This document shows, piece by piece, positions 1 through 8,839 of a stretch of 64,000 bases of DNA (its first letter is position 1; each line of letters begins with the position of its first letter). The position numbers and the translations under genes are program-made. The notes under the pieces were generated by a model that saw only the letters and a list, made by a program, of their open reading frames with translations, did not search any database and had not been told where the DNA came from. Source of the DNA: Terriglobia bacterium (GTDB lineage: Bacteria > Acidobacteriota > Terriglobia > 20CM-2-55-15); NCBI GenBank assembly GCA_965198225.1, contig CBDAOY010000007.1:448001-512000 (forward strand). Reading direction: 5' to 3'.

Positions 1-656
1 CGGCGGAAGAGCATCCCGCAGACAGGATGACCGCGGTGTTCACGCACTGGGTAGCAGCGACCCAGATGCCGGACGGAAGCTGGATCGGAAACGGCGCCAA
101 CCGCCCTCCGATGGAGTACAGCGCCATCAGTCACACGGCGATGGCCGTGCGGGTCCTGACGTTGTACCAGCTCGCCGCACGCGCTGATGAGATCGAAGGC
201 CGTTTGGAGCGGGCGCGTGACTGGCTGGTGGCTTCCGAAGCGCATTCCGCCGAGGAACGCGGCATGCGACTCATGGGCCTGGTCTGGGCCGGCGCAGAGC
301 GTCCCGCAGTGGACGCCGCGATCGCGGAAATTCGAGGCCACCAGGGCGCGAACGGCGGCTGGTCCCAGCTCGCCCAACTGGAAAACGACGCCTACGCGAC
401 CGGCCTTTCCCTGTTCGCGCTGAACGAGTCGGGAGTCGCGGTCACAGACGACACTTACCGTCGCGGTGTCGCGTATCTGCTCCGAACCCAGTATGCGGAC
501 GGGTCCTGGCTGGTCCGGACCCGTGCGTTCCCCGTGCAGGGCTATTTCGAGAGCGGGTTCCCGTTCGGCAGACATCAGTGGATTTCGGCCGCGGGAACGG
601 GTTGGGCCGCAGTTGCGATCGCCCGCTCGCTGCCTGACAGGAACAACGCACCTTAG
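1..656 (+). CDS. C-terminal part of a prenyltransferase/squalene-oxidase (QW-like) repeat protein, paralogue of 5451-7697; probably starts upstream of the window
   Basis: ORF 27-656 has QxxDGSW-type repeats (TQMPDGSW, HQGANGGW, TQYADGSW) and the tail YFESGFPFGRHQWISAAGTGWA, closely matching YFESGFPYGRDQFISTAGTAWA of 5451-7697. Confidence 0.8.
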   Translation, partial: AEEHPADRMTAVFTHWVAATQMPDGSWIGNGANRPPMEYSAISHTAMAVRVLTLYQLAARADEIEGRLERARDWLVASEAHSAEERGMRLMGLVWAGAERPAVDAAIAEIRGHQGANGGWSQLAQLENDAYATGLSLFALNESGVAVTDDTYRRGVAYLLRTQYADGSWLVRTRAFPVQGYFESGFPFGRHQWISAAGTGWAAVAIARSLPDRNNAP

Positions 657-699
657 GGCCACGGGGTCTGAACCGACCAACACTCTGAGGAGGCACGTC

Positions 700-2448
700 A
701 TGGTCGATACCAGGAGTCTCTGCGTCACCCTCACTGCTGGAGTGGTGCTGCTGTTGACCGCACGGACGGGATTGGCACAGGAGCAACCACCCCCGGTTCC
801 GCCGATCCTGCAGGACTACAAATCCGTGACAACCCAACGCCTGGAGAATCCGGAAGACACCGACTGGCTGATGATCCGGCGTACTTACGACGGCTGGGGC
901 TACAGCCCGCTTGACGAAATCACGCCGGGCAACGTTGGGCGCCTGCAGCCGGTCTGGGTCCTGTCGACAGGTGTAACCAGCGGCCACGAGGCGCCGCCGC
1001 TCGTAAACAACGGCGTCATGTTCGTCTCGACGCCGCAGAACCAGGTCATCGCGATCGACGCCCGGACCGGCTTGATTCTCTGGCGCTACGTCCGGCCGCG
1101 ACCCGAAGGAGCCATCGTACTCCACGAAACCAACCGCGGTGTCGCGTTGTATGGCGACAAGGTTTTTGTCGCCGCCGCCGAGGCGGTGCTCGTCGCACTG
1201 GATGCGAGAACCGGCGCGGAAGTCTGGACCACGCAGGTTGAGGAAAACAGGAACGGCTATTACACGACGATGGCGCCACTCGTTGCCGGCGGCAAGGTCA
1301 TGGTCGGTGCGTCGGGTGGTGAGCGTGGAATCCGCGGTTTCGTGGCCGCCTACGACCCCGATACCGGCGATGAACTGTGGCGGACCTATACGGTGCCGGA
1401 GCCGGGAGAACCCGGCAGCGAAACCTGGCCCGACGGTGACCAGTGGAAGACCGGCGGCGCACCGGTGTGGGTCACCGGCAACTACGATCCCGAGACCAAT
1501 CTGACTTTTTGGGGCACCGGAAACGGGGGTCCGTGGATGGGCGACCAGCGCCCCGGAGACAATCTGTACACCGCCTCAACGGTCGCAATCGACGTCGCCA
1601 CGGGCGAGATCAGAGGTTACCACCAGTATCACCCGAACGATTCCTGGGACTGGGACGAGGTTTCACCTCCGATCCTGGTCGACTACGAGCGCGACGGCAG
1701 GACGATCAAGGGTCTGATCGACGTCGCCCGCAATGGCTACCTGTGGTTCCTCGAGCGCACCGAGGGCCGGATCAATTTCATCGAAGGCAAGCCATACGTG
1801 AACCAGAACGTGTTTTTGAGCCTCGACCCCGAAACCGGGCGGCCCGAGATCGATCCCGAACACAAGCCTGGTACAGGGAAGCTAGCGCAACACTGTCCAT
1901 CGCTCTGGGGCGGAAAGAACTGGCCGCCGATCGCCTTCAGTCCGCAGACGCGGATGATTTACATACCGGCCAATGAGAATCTCTGCGGAACATCGATCGG
2001 ACGGGAGATCGACTACGAACCGGGCCGTCCTTTCACCGGTGCCCGGACGACCTTCATCGTCGTGCCGGGAGCCGAACACATCGGCGAGGTACAGGCGTGG
2101 AACGTCGACACCGGCGAGCGGGTATGGACCCACACCTACGCGAAGTCCCAGAACTGGGGATCGATGATGGCGACCGCCGGCGGATTGGTGTTCACCGGCG
2201 GGACCAACGATCGCCTGTTCCATGCATTCGATGCGTCGAGCGGCGAGCTGTTGTGGGAGTTTCCGACCAACTCCGGCATCCTTGGCCCGGCGACGTCATT
2301 CTCGCTCGACGGGAGGCAGTACATCGCCGTCCAGTCGGGTTGGGGTGTTGACGCACGGAGTATGCAGGGTCGACTCAACACGGCCTCGCCGGGCGAGTAT
2401 CCGGAAGTTCCGGAAGGTGGAGCGGTTTGGGTGTTCGCCATCAGATGA
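700..2448 (+). CDS. Secreted PQQ-dependent dehydrogenase (methanol/ethanol dehydrogenase superfamily)
   Basis: GAGGAGG RBS then ATG at 700; signal peptide; RYSPL-like GYSPLDEIT, GGERGIRG, GTGNGGPW, WDWDE, CPSLWGGKNW and Trp-docking beta-propeller repeats. Confidence 0.92.
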   Translation: MVDTRSLCVTLTAGVVLLLTARTGLAQEQPPPVPPILQDYKSVTTQRLENPEDTDWLMIRRTYDGWGYSPLDEITPGNVGRLQPVWVLSTGVTSGHEAPPLVNNGVMFVSTPQNQVIAIDARTGLILWRYVRPRPEGAIVLHETNRGVALYGDKVFVAAAEAVLVALDARTGAEVWTTQVEENRNGYYTTMAPLVAGGKVMVGASGGERGIRGFVAAYDPDTGDELWRTYTVPEPGEPGSETWPDGDQWKTGGAPVWVTGNYDPETNLTFWGTGNGGPWMGDQRPGDNLYTASTVAIDVATGEIRGYHQYHPNDSWDWDEVSPPILVDYERDGRTIKGLIDVARNGYLWFLERTEGRINFIEGKPYVNQNVFLSLDPETGRPEIDPEHKPGTGKLAQHCPSLWGGKNWPPIAFSPQTRMIYIPANENLCGTSIGREIDYEPGRPFTGARTTFIVVPGAEHIGEVQAWNVDTGERVWTHTYAKSQNWGSMMATAGGLVFTGGTNDRLFHAFDASSGELLWEFPTNSGILGPATSFSLDGRQYIAVQSGWGVDARSMQGRLNTASPGEYPEVPEGGAVWVFAIR

Positions 2449-2512
2449 ACAGGCGGCGGGGTGATCTACAACACCGCTCCTTCCTGAAGACTGCAGCCGA
2501 GTTGTGCCGGCC

Positions 2513-2527
2513 GTTACAGGCCACTAG
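2513..2527. repeat. GTTACAGGCCACTAG dispersed motif, copy 1
   Basis: Same or one-mismatch motif at 12611, 15156 and 53890. Confidence 0.75.
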
Positions 2528-5281
2528 CTAGAAGCTCAGCCGCAGACTGAGACTGCCGATGATAGCTAGAAGCCAGCCGCGACTGAACTGGATGATCCGA
2601 CCAGCGTTTTGGGTGTCCGTAATCTGACCAAACGATTCTGCCGCCATCCTGGCGTTCGGCTCGGAGAACTGGGGGTGGTTGAAGGCGTTGATGAATTCCG
2701 CGCGGAATAGAAGAGATCGGGTCTGATCGCTGGAGATCGCAAACGACCGGCTGATAGCGATGTTGAAATTCGTCGTGCCGTCCTTGCGAAAGGTGTTGCG
2801 CGAAAGGTTGCCGTAGCCATCTCGGAACGGCGCTCCCACGTCGAAGGCATCCCGGCGGAGGATCGCCAGCGCCGTGTCGGGATCGTCGACACTCCGCCCG
2901 AGCAGGCTCGGATCCAGTATCGAAGGCCGGTCGCCACGCTCTCCGTCCACATTGCCGAAGCCCGGGGCGTCGTTTCCCGTCTGGACCGTGAACGGCGTCC
3001 CATCCTTGAGGATTGTCGTACCCGACACGGACCATGCGCGAAAAATACGTCCCGGCAGCCGAAACGTGTAGCCCAGCACGAAGCTGTGCGGTGCGTCGAA
3101 ACTGCTGCGGGCTTTCAGATCCTGGAACGCGATCGATTCGTCCTGGGTCAGACGCTCCTGGGTGTTCGTCCCGGGGTTCGAGAAGTTTGATCCCGAGTCC
3201 AGCGCCTTGCTCCACGTGTACGTCGCCCGCACCGCCAGCCCACGGCCGAACACTTTTTCCACCGAAAACTGTGCCGCGTCGAAGTAGCCCCGGGCCTGAT
3301 TCGTCACCCGTGCGATCGAGAAGAACCTCGGATCCGGTCGCCGGTCGTTGATGGTCGACGAGAGGCGTGGGATACCGTCGACTTGTTCCGCCCGGTTTTC
3401 TCGAACGACCCGAAACAGCTTCCACGTGCGGCTGCCGACGTATGTGGCCCTCAGGATGACGTCGCGCGGCAGTTCGTGGGTCACGTCCAATGTGTACTGG
3501 TGCGAATACGGCGTGACGAGTTCCGGATCCATCAGATTCAGACCGGACCGAGGCACCTCGCCCGGTTGCTGCACGAAGTCTTTCAAAGGATCCAGCAGGT
3601 CGGGCATCTGCACTCTGACCCGCAATACCTCCGGCGGATTCAGCCGCGCCAACCGGAACGTTGCCGGGAAGACGGACCCGTAAGCGATGCCGTATCCGGC
3701 ACGAAAGGTCGTGGCTCCACGGGCCCAGGCCAGTCCGATCCGCGGCGCAAGATTATTGGTATCCGACGCCTGCGGGAAACGCGTCAGCCGGTCCACTTCC
3801 GACGGTTTGCCCGCGAACTCATAGCGGAGGCCCAGGGTGAGGTGGAAGCCGGGCGCCAGCCGGATGCGGTCGCTGGCATACAGGCTGAGGTTGGTCCGGC
3901 GGAAGCCACGGTACAGCTCACCCAGGACGACGGTGTAACGGGTCGCTTCACCCCGCAGGAAGTTCTCGATGCCGGACCGACCGAGATGCGCTCGGATGCT
4001 GAAGACGCCTCGAGCGCCGTCGGCCTGGAACTCGTTCAGCTGAGTTCGTTCGACGAATCCACCCCAGTCGAACTGGTGGGCATCGAAGGTGGTGCTTCCC
4101 TGCAGAAGGTACTCGAAATCGTTGCTGACGCGCCGGATCGGCAGATTGAATCGCGCGCCCACCCGTTCCAGACCAGGTGTGTTCACGAACGGTCCGATGG
4201 AGCCGGGAGGCACCAGGATGTGAGCCTTGCGGCGTACGAAGTTAAGGCCGGCAGCGAGCCGGCTTCGATCCGAAAGCTGGTGCTCCAGGGCCAGGTTCAA
4301 GGTCTGTGGGCGGAGCCGCTGGTTGGGATTCTGGCCGCCGACGAGCTCGAAACCGTCGATGAAGTCATCCGCAAATGAGTAGCGCATCGAAAACCGTTGC
4401 CGCTCGGTTCGTTCCCAGTCCAACCGGAGGCTCCCCTGCGTGTTCCGGATCTTCTGGGTGGCGTTCGTATTCAACAGGCGCTGGTCGATCTCGGTCCGGT
4501 TGGGCAGCTCGGCCGGATAGGCAGCCAGCCACTCCTGGACGACAGCCCGGACGGCGGGATCGGCCGCCGTCGAGGTGCGTTCGTTGGGCAACGGAACCAG
4601 CACATTTCCGTTCACGAACCCCGATTCCCGAGTCTCTTCGCCCGTGACGAGGAACGAGAATCGGTCCGATCCCAGCGGGCCGCCGAAACGGAATCCGTAG
4701 CGGTTCTCCCGGGATGGCAGGACCTCTCCAACCTGGAAAAAAGCCCGGGCGTTCAAGGTGTGGTTGTTGTGTGTTTCGTAGATCTCGCCGTGAAGGGCTT
4801 GACGCCGGTCGGCGCGGATGAGCTGCGGGCTGCGTCCCACGCCACCCAGTTCGGCGGCGTAGTTCTGACGGGCGGCCGAAAACTCGGTGATCGGCTGCAC
4901 CCGCGCACCCTGCCGTTCCAATGACTCGATCAGGGCCTGGGTGTCGATGAGGTTGATCTGGATGTTCTGGTTGCGACGAGCGCCCGCTTCGGGTTGTTGC
5001 TCGGATTGTTCGACCGATTCGGGGCTGACGCTGACCTGGACGGATTCAGTGAGGGGGACGACTATACCGGCAACCGAAGCGATCACCCTGTCCTGAACCA
5101 CTGCGCGCACAGTGTAGGTGCCTTCGGCGAGGTCGTCGAACAGATAACTTCCGGCAACTGGCGCAGCGGTCTGTCCCACGACTTCGCCGGAGCTATCGGT
5201 CACGACCAGTTCGAGGTTATCGACCGTTCCATCGAGATGGACCGTCAGGCCCACTACGAATGAGATAAGAAACACGAGCAT
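2528..5281 (-). CDS. TonB-dependent receptor, acidobacterial type with N-terminal carboxypeptidase-like domain
   Basis: LGLRYE, NNLAPRIGLAW and FRAEFINAFNHPQF motifs; C-terminal Phe (LRLSF). Confidence 0.88.
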   Translation of the reverse strand: MLVFLISFVVGLTVHLDGTVDNLELVVTDSSGEVVGQTAAPVAGSYLFDDLAEGTYTVRAVVQDRVIASVAGIVVPLTESVQVSVSPESVEQSEQQPEAGARRNQNIQINLIDTQALIESLERQGARVQPITEFSAARQNYAAELGGVGRSPQLIRADRRQALHGEIYETHNNHTLNARAFFQVGEVLPSRENRYGFRFGGPLGSDRFSFLVTGEETRESGFVNGNVLVPLPNERTSTAADPAVRAVVQEWLAAYPAELPNRTEIDQRLLNTNATQKIRNTQGSLRLDWERTERQRFSMRYSFADDFIDGFELVGGQNPNQRLRPQTLNLALEHQLSDRSRLAAGLNFVRRKAHILVPPGSIGPFVNTPGLERVGARFNLPIRRVSNDFEYLLQGSTTFDAHQFDWGGFVERTQLNEFQADGARGVFSIRAHLGRSGIENFLRGEATRYTVVLGELYRGFRRTNLSLYASDRIRLAPGFHLTLGLRYEFAGKPSEVDRLTRFPQASDTNNLAPRIGLAWARGATTFRAGYGIAYGSVFPATFRLARLNPPEVLRVRVQMPDLLDPLKDFVQQPGEVPRSGLNLMDPELVTPYSHQYTLDVTHELPRDVILRATYVGSRTWKLFRVVRENRAEQVDGIPRLSSTINDRRPDPRFFSIARVTNQARGYFDAAQFSVEKVFGRGLAVRATYTWSKALDSGSNFSNPGTNTQERLTQDESIAFQDLKARSSFDAPHSFVLGYTFRLPGRIFRAWSVSGTTILKDGTPFTVQTGNDAPGFGNVDGERGDRPSILDPSLLGRSVDDPDTALAILRRDAFDVGAPFRDGYGNLSRNTFRKDGTTNFNIAISRSFAISSDQTRSLLFRAEFINAFNHPQFSEPNARMAAESFGQITDTQNAGRIIQFSRGWLLAIIGSLSLRLSF

Positions 5282-5450
5282 TACGGCCTACATCTTATTC
5301 CAGATCAACGCGGCAGCGAGTGCCTCTTCATTTAAAATTGCCATTTCGTCGAACGTTGGCCGGCTTGTGATCATGAACTTGACTTCAATCGAGCGTTCAC
5401 ACAGAGTAGTAGCCACAAGCACTCGATCGACAAGTCAATCGGAGGTCCGA

Positions 5451-7697
5451 ATGAGAAAACTATTGGTGTTTCTCTTTATGTGCTCCCCCCTTGCGGCCCA
5501 GAGCCAGCTTCCCCCTGCTGCTTCAATCGAGGTTGACTACGACCAAGACGTCCGGCCATTGCTTTCGCAGAACTGTTACTCGTGCCATGGACAGGATGTG
5601 CAACAGTCGGGGCTGCGCCTCGACTTGCGGCAGAACGCCTTACGGGGCGGTGATTACGGGCCGGTCATCGTTCCGGGCAACAGCGCGGAAAGCAAGCTGA
5701 CCCGTCGCCTTGTCACTGGGGATGGCGGATTGCAGATGCCGCCTACGGGCGCGCTCACGGATGAAGAGATTGGAATCTTGCGAGCCTGGATCGACCAGGG
5801 CGCGGAGTTTCGGACGGAGATCGCGGAAGAAGCCCCTCCAGAGCCCCTCGATCCCAAGGTCGCGGTGTTTCTGGCAGCCGTCCGTTCCCCTGACCCACAG
5901 ACCGTAGAGAAGCTTATCGCCGCAGATCCCGAAGTTGTGCACTCGAAGGACGCGGCCGGCTCCACTGCGCTGCATCATGCAGCGGGTTTCGGCACTCTGG
6001 AGACTATCCAGTTGCTGCTCGACAAAGGAGCCGGGGTCAATGCGAAGAATCGCCGCTCTTCAACGCCGCTTCACTGGGCGATCCATGACGAGGCGCGGGT
6101 CCGATTGCTGCTCGAGCACGGTGCAGCAATCAACGCCAAACAGGTCGAGGATCGCACGCCACTGTATCAGGCCGCGGTGCTCGAGAACGGGAACGCAGTT
6201 CTCCGGCTTTTGCTCGAAAAAGGCGGTGATCCGAGCCTGGCAACACTGGTCGGGCGGACTCCGCTCATGTCGGCTGCCGGTCGCGGCGACCTCGAAGCAA
6301 TGCGCCTGCTGATCGCGAAGGGTGCGGACGTCAACAGGAAGAGCGGAGCTGGTGACACGGCTTTGATGGCAGCGGCGGCTAACGGAAGTCTTCAAGCCGT
6401 GCAGTTGCTGCTCGATCACGGCGCCGACCCCAGTGTACAAAGCAAGCGCAATGAAACGGCGCTCGGGAATGCCGCCACGGCGGGAAACGAGGAAACATTC
6501 AAACTCGTGCTCGATCAGGGCGCGGATGTGAATATTCGAAACGTCCGTGGCTATTCACCGTTGATGCTCGCCGCCAGTTCGGACACCATGCCGGATGAGA
6601 TTGTGAAAATGCTTCTCTCCAAGGGTGCCGACACGAGCTACTCCGCTGACTATGACGAAACCGCAACCATGCTTGCCGCAAAACGGGGTGACACGGGAGT
6701 GACACGCCTGCTCGGGGGCCTGGAAAAGGAAAGCATGGGCGAGCCTGCCGCGGCGGTACCTGATAGAGCACCTCTGGGTTCGGTGTCCGAGGCTGTCGAA
6801 AAAGCCATGGAGCTGCTGGAAAAACAGAGCTACGACTTCATCCGTATCGCGGGCTGCAATTCGTGCCACTCGCAGGATCTGCCGTCTGCCGCTGCTGGAC
6901 TTGCGCGCGATAGCGGCCTGAGGGCGCCCGAGATCTCGCAACTGCCCGCCTCGATGCTGCCTTCCACGGAGCGAGTCATGGATTTGAGTGGTAGCAGTTC
7001 GGTGACCCTGGCCTGGCAGCTGTTCGATCTGGGTATGAACCATGTTCCGAAGAGTGAGTACACGGATGCCGTCGTGCGCTACATCAAAGCAATGCAGGCG
7101 CCGGAAGGGAACTGGCCCCGCAATGAGAACCGGCGGCCTCCGATGAGCTCCGGTGATTTTCAGGCTACCGGGTTCGCCATCTACGCGCTGGAACACTACG
7201 GCCCGGAAGCGGAGACGGCGAGCACCGATGTGGCTCTGGCCAAAGCCGTCAGGTGGCTCGAAAACGCAAGGTCTTCCATCACACAGGATCGGGCCTTCCA
7301 CTTGCTCGGGCTGGCCTGGGGCAACGCCTCTCCCGCTTCGATCGAGGACGCCACGCGCTCACTGGCTGCCTTGCAGCGGGACGACGGGGGTTGGAACCAA
7401 TTGCCGGAGATGGTCTCGGATGCGTATGCCACCGGACAGGCGCTGTATGCCCTGACCACGGCCGGCAAGATGGCCGTAACCGATCCAGTGTATCGGAGGG
7501 GCGTCGACTATCTGTTACGTACGCAGGCCTCCGATGGATCCTGGCTCGTGAAGACGCGTGCGATATGGGTGCAGCCTTACTTCGAAAGCGGATTCCCATA
7601 CGGTCGAGATCAGTTCATTTCAACCGCCGGAACCGCCTGGGCCGCGATGGGGCTTGCGCCAGCCGTTGAGCGTCAATCGGAAGCCGGAAAAAGATAA
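5451..7697 (+). CDS. Secreted multidomain protein: planctomycete-type cytochrome c + ankyrin repeats + second CxxCH + prenyltransferase/squalene-oxidase repeats
   Basis: GGAGG RBS, ATG at 5451, signal peptide; CYSCH...SGLRLD...MPP...LRAWIDQGA; multiple TPLH/TALM ankyrin repeats; CNSCH; QAPEGNW, QRDDGGW, QASDGSW. Confidence 0.88.
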   Translation: MRKLLVFLFMCSPLAAQSQLPPAASIEVDYDQDVRPLLSQNCYSCHGQDVQQSGLRLDLRQNALRGGDYGPVIVPGNSAESKLTRRLVTGDGGLQMPPTGALTDEEIGILRAWIDQGAEFRTEIAEEAPPEPLDPKVAVFLAAVRSPDPQTVEKLIAADPEVVHSKDAAGSTALHHAAGFGTLETIQLLLDKGAGVNAKNRRSSTPLHWAIHDEARVRLLLEHGAAINAKQVEDRTPLYQAAVLENGNAVLRLLLEKGGDPSLATLVGRTPLMSAAGRGDLEAMRLLIAKGADVNRKSGAGDTALMAAAANGSLQAVQLLLDHGADPSVQSKRNETALGNAATAGNEETFKLVLDQGADVNIRNVRGYSPLMLAASSDTMPDEIVKMLLSKGADTSYSADYDETATMLAAKRGDTGVTRLLGGLEKESMGEPAAAVPDRAPLGSVSEAVEKAMELLEKQSYDFIRIAGCNSCHSQDLPSAAAGLARDSGLRAPEISQLPASMLPSTERVMDLSGSSSVTLAWQLFDLGMNHVPKSEYTDAVVRYIKAMQAPEGNWPRNENRRPPMSSGDFQATGFAIYALEHYGPEAETASTDVALAKAVRWLENARSSITQDRAFHLLGLAWGNASPASIEDATRSLAALQRDDGGWNQLPEMVSDAYATGQALYALTTAGKMAVTDPVYRRGVDYLLRTQASDGSWLVKTRAIWVQPYFESGFPYGRDQFISTAGTAWAAMGLAPAVERQSEAGKR

Positions 7698-7721
7698 ACC
7701 GCAGTTAGCCAACCAGCGTTC

Positions 7722-7762
7722 AAGAACGAGGCCCCGACGCACTTGTCGGGGCCTCGTTTCTT
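7722..7762 (+). terminator. Probable intrinsic terminator hairpin
   Basis: AACGAGGCCCCGAC-loop-GTCGGGGCCTCGTT followed by TCTT, about 25 bp after the stop codon. Confidence 0.7.
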
Positions 7763-7797
7763 GTGCGCTGAACAATGAAGCACCTGTCCAAACGGAG

Positions 7798-7867
7798 GTG
7801 TAGGTGCGGTCTATGACCGCACATTGTTCTAGACTGCGGAACGTGCGCTCATAGAGCGCACCTACAC
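7798..7867. repeat. REPIN-like doublet of GTAG-type REPs
   Basis: GTGTAG-GTGCGGTC-TAT-GACCGCAC, spacer, GTGCGCTC-ATA-GAGCGCAC-CTACAC; recurs at 37027, 39700 and four times in 59665-60845. Confidence 0.85.
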
Positions 7868-8839
7868 TCGATCCTAAAGTTTCGCTTGACCGCTGATTCC
7901 AACGGGCTGATCTTGCCCACCCACTACAGGACATCCTCTGCGACGGAGTGTAGATATTTCCAGCGCCATGCCTCAAAATCCGGACATTCAGGAGGTTTCA
8001 AGAAGATGCGTATGACCGGAAGATTGTTTCTGTTGCTGCTTTCGATTGTCCTCATTTCACAGGTTGTGCGATCCCAGGCGCCGGACCGCGTCGTCCGACT
8101 TCTGGAAGAGCTGACGAACGCTCCCGGGCCGAGCGGGTTCGAAGCCCCCGTCCGAGAGATCGTCGAACGGGAGTTGAGAGGGTTGGGGGCCGATATGTCC
8201 CACGACGGTCTCGGCTCACTCATCGCCAAGATAGGTCCGGACAACGGCCCCCGCATCATGGTCACCGCGCATCTGGACGAGGTCGGGTTGATGGTTCAGT
8301 TCATCCGGCCGGACGGTTTCATCCGTTTCAAGACGTTGGGTGGCTGGCTGAGCCAGGCACTGGTGGACCAGCGGTGGGTGATCGTCGGAAGCCGAGGCCC
8401 TGTCGTCGGCATCACCGGCATCCGAACGGTTCACGTGACCCGCGGAGATGCGCGCAACCGCGTCTGGGGCGTCGAGGAACTCTTCATCGACGTTGGCGCT
8501 CGCTCACGAGCCGACGCCGAGGCAATGGGTATTCGACCCGGCGATCCGATCGCTCCGTGGAGTCCCTTCACCATCCTTCCGAACGATCGGTACGCGGCAA
8601 AAGCCTGGGACGATCGCGTCGGCCTCGGCGTGATGCTCGAGGCTCTCCACCAGATGAGAGAGCAGAACATCTCGACTCCGAACACGCTGTACTTCGTCGC
8701 CACCGTTCAGGAAGAGATCGGCCTCAGGGGAGCGCAGACCTCGACGCGAATGGTCGACCCGGACATGGGCATTTCCATCGAGGCAGGCGTATCGGCAGAT
8801 TACCCCGTCGCCCGGCCTGAACAGGCACAAGAAAGACTA

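Noticed and set aside
466-699. N-terminal extensions in the ORF track (466, 5367, 7886, 15078, 35550, 36433, 38867, 49221, 58775)
   Set aside because: They overlap other genes, tRNA or repeats; downstream starts have an RBS and/or match family N-termini.
3383-4378. Long antisense ORFs (also 18590-19837, 34408-35409, 44883-45884 and many others)
   Set aside because: Shadows of well-supported genes on the opposite strand, expected in high-GC DNA.
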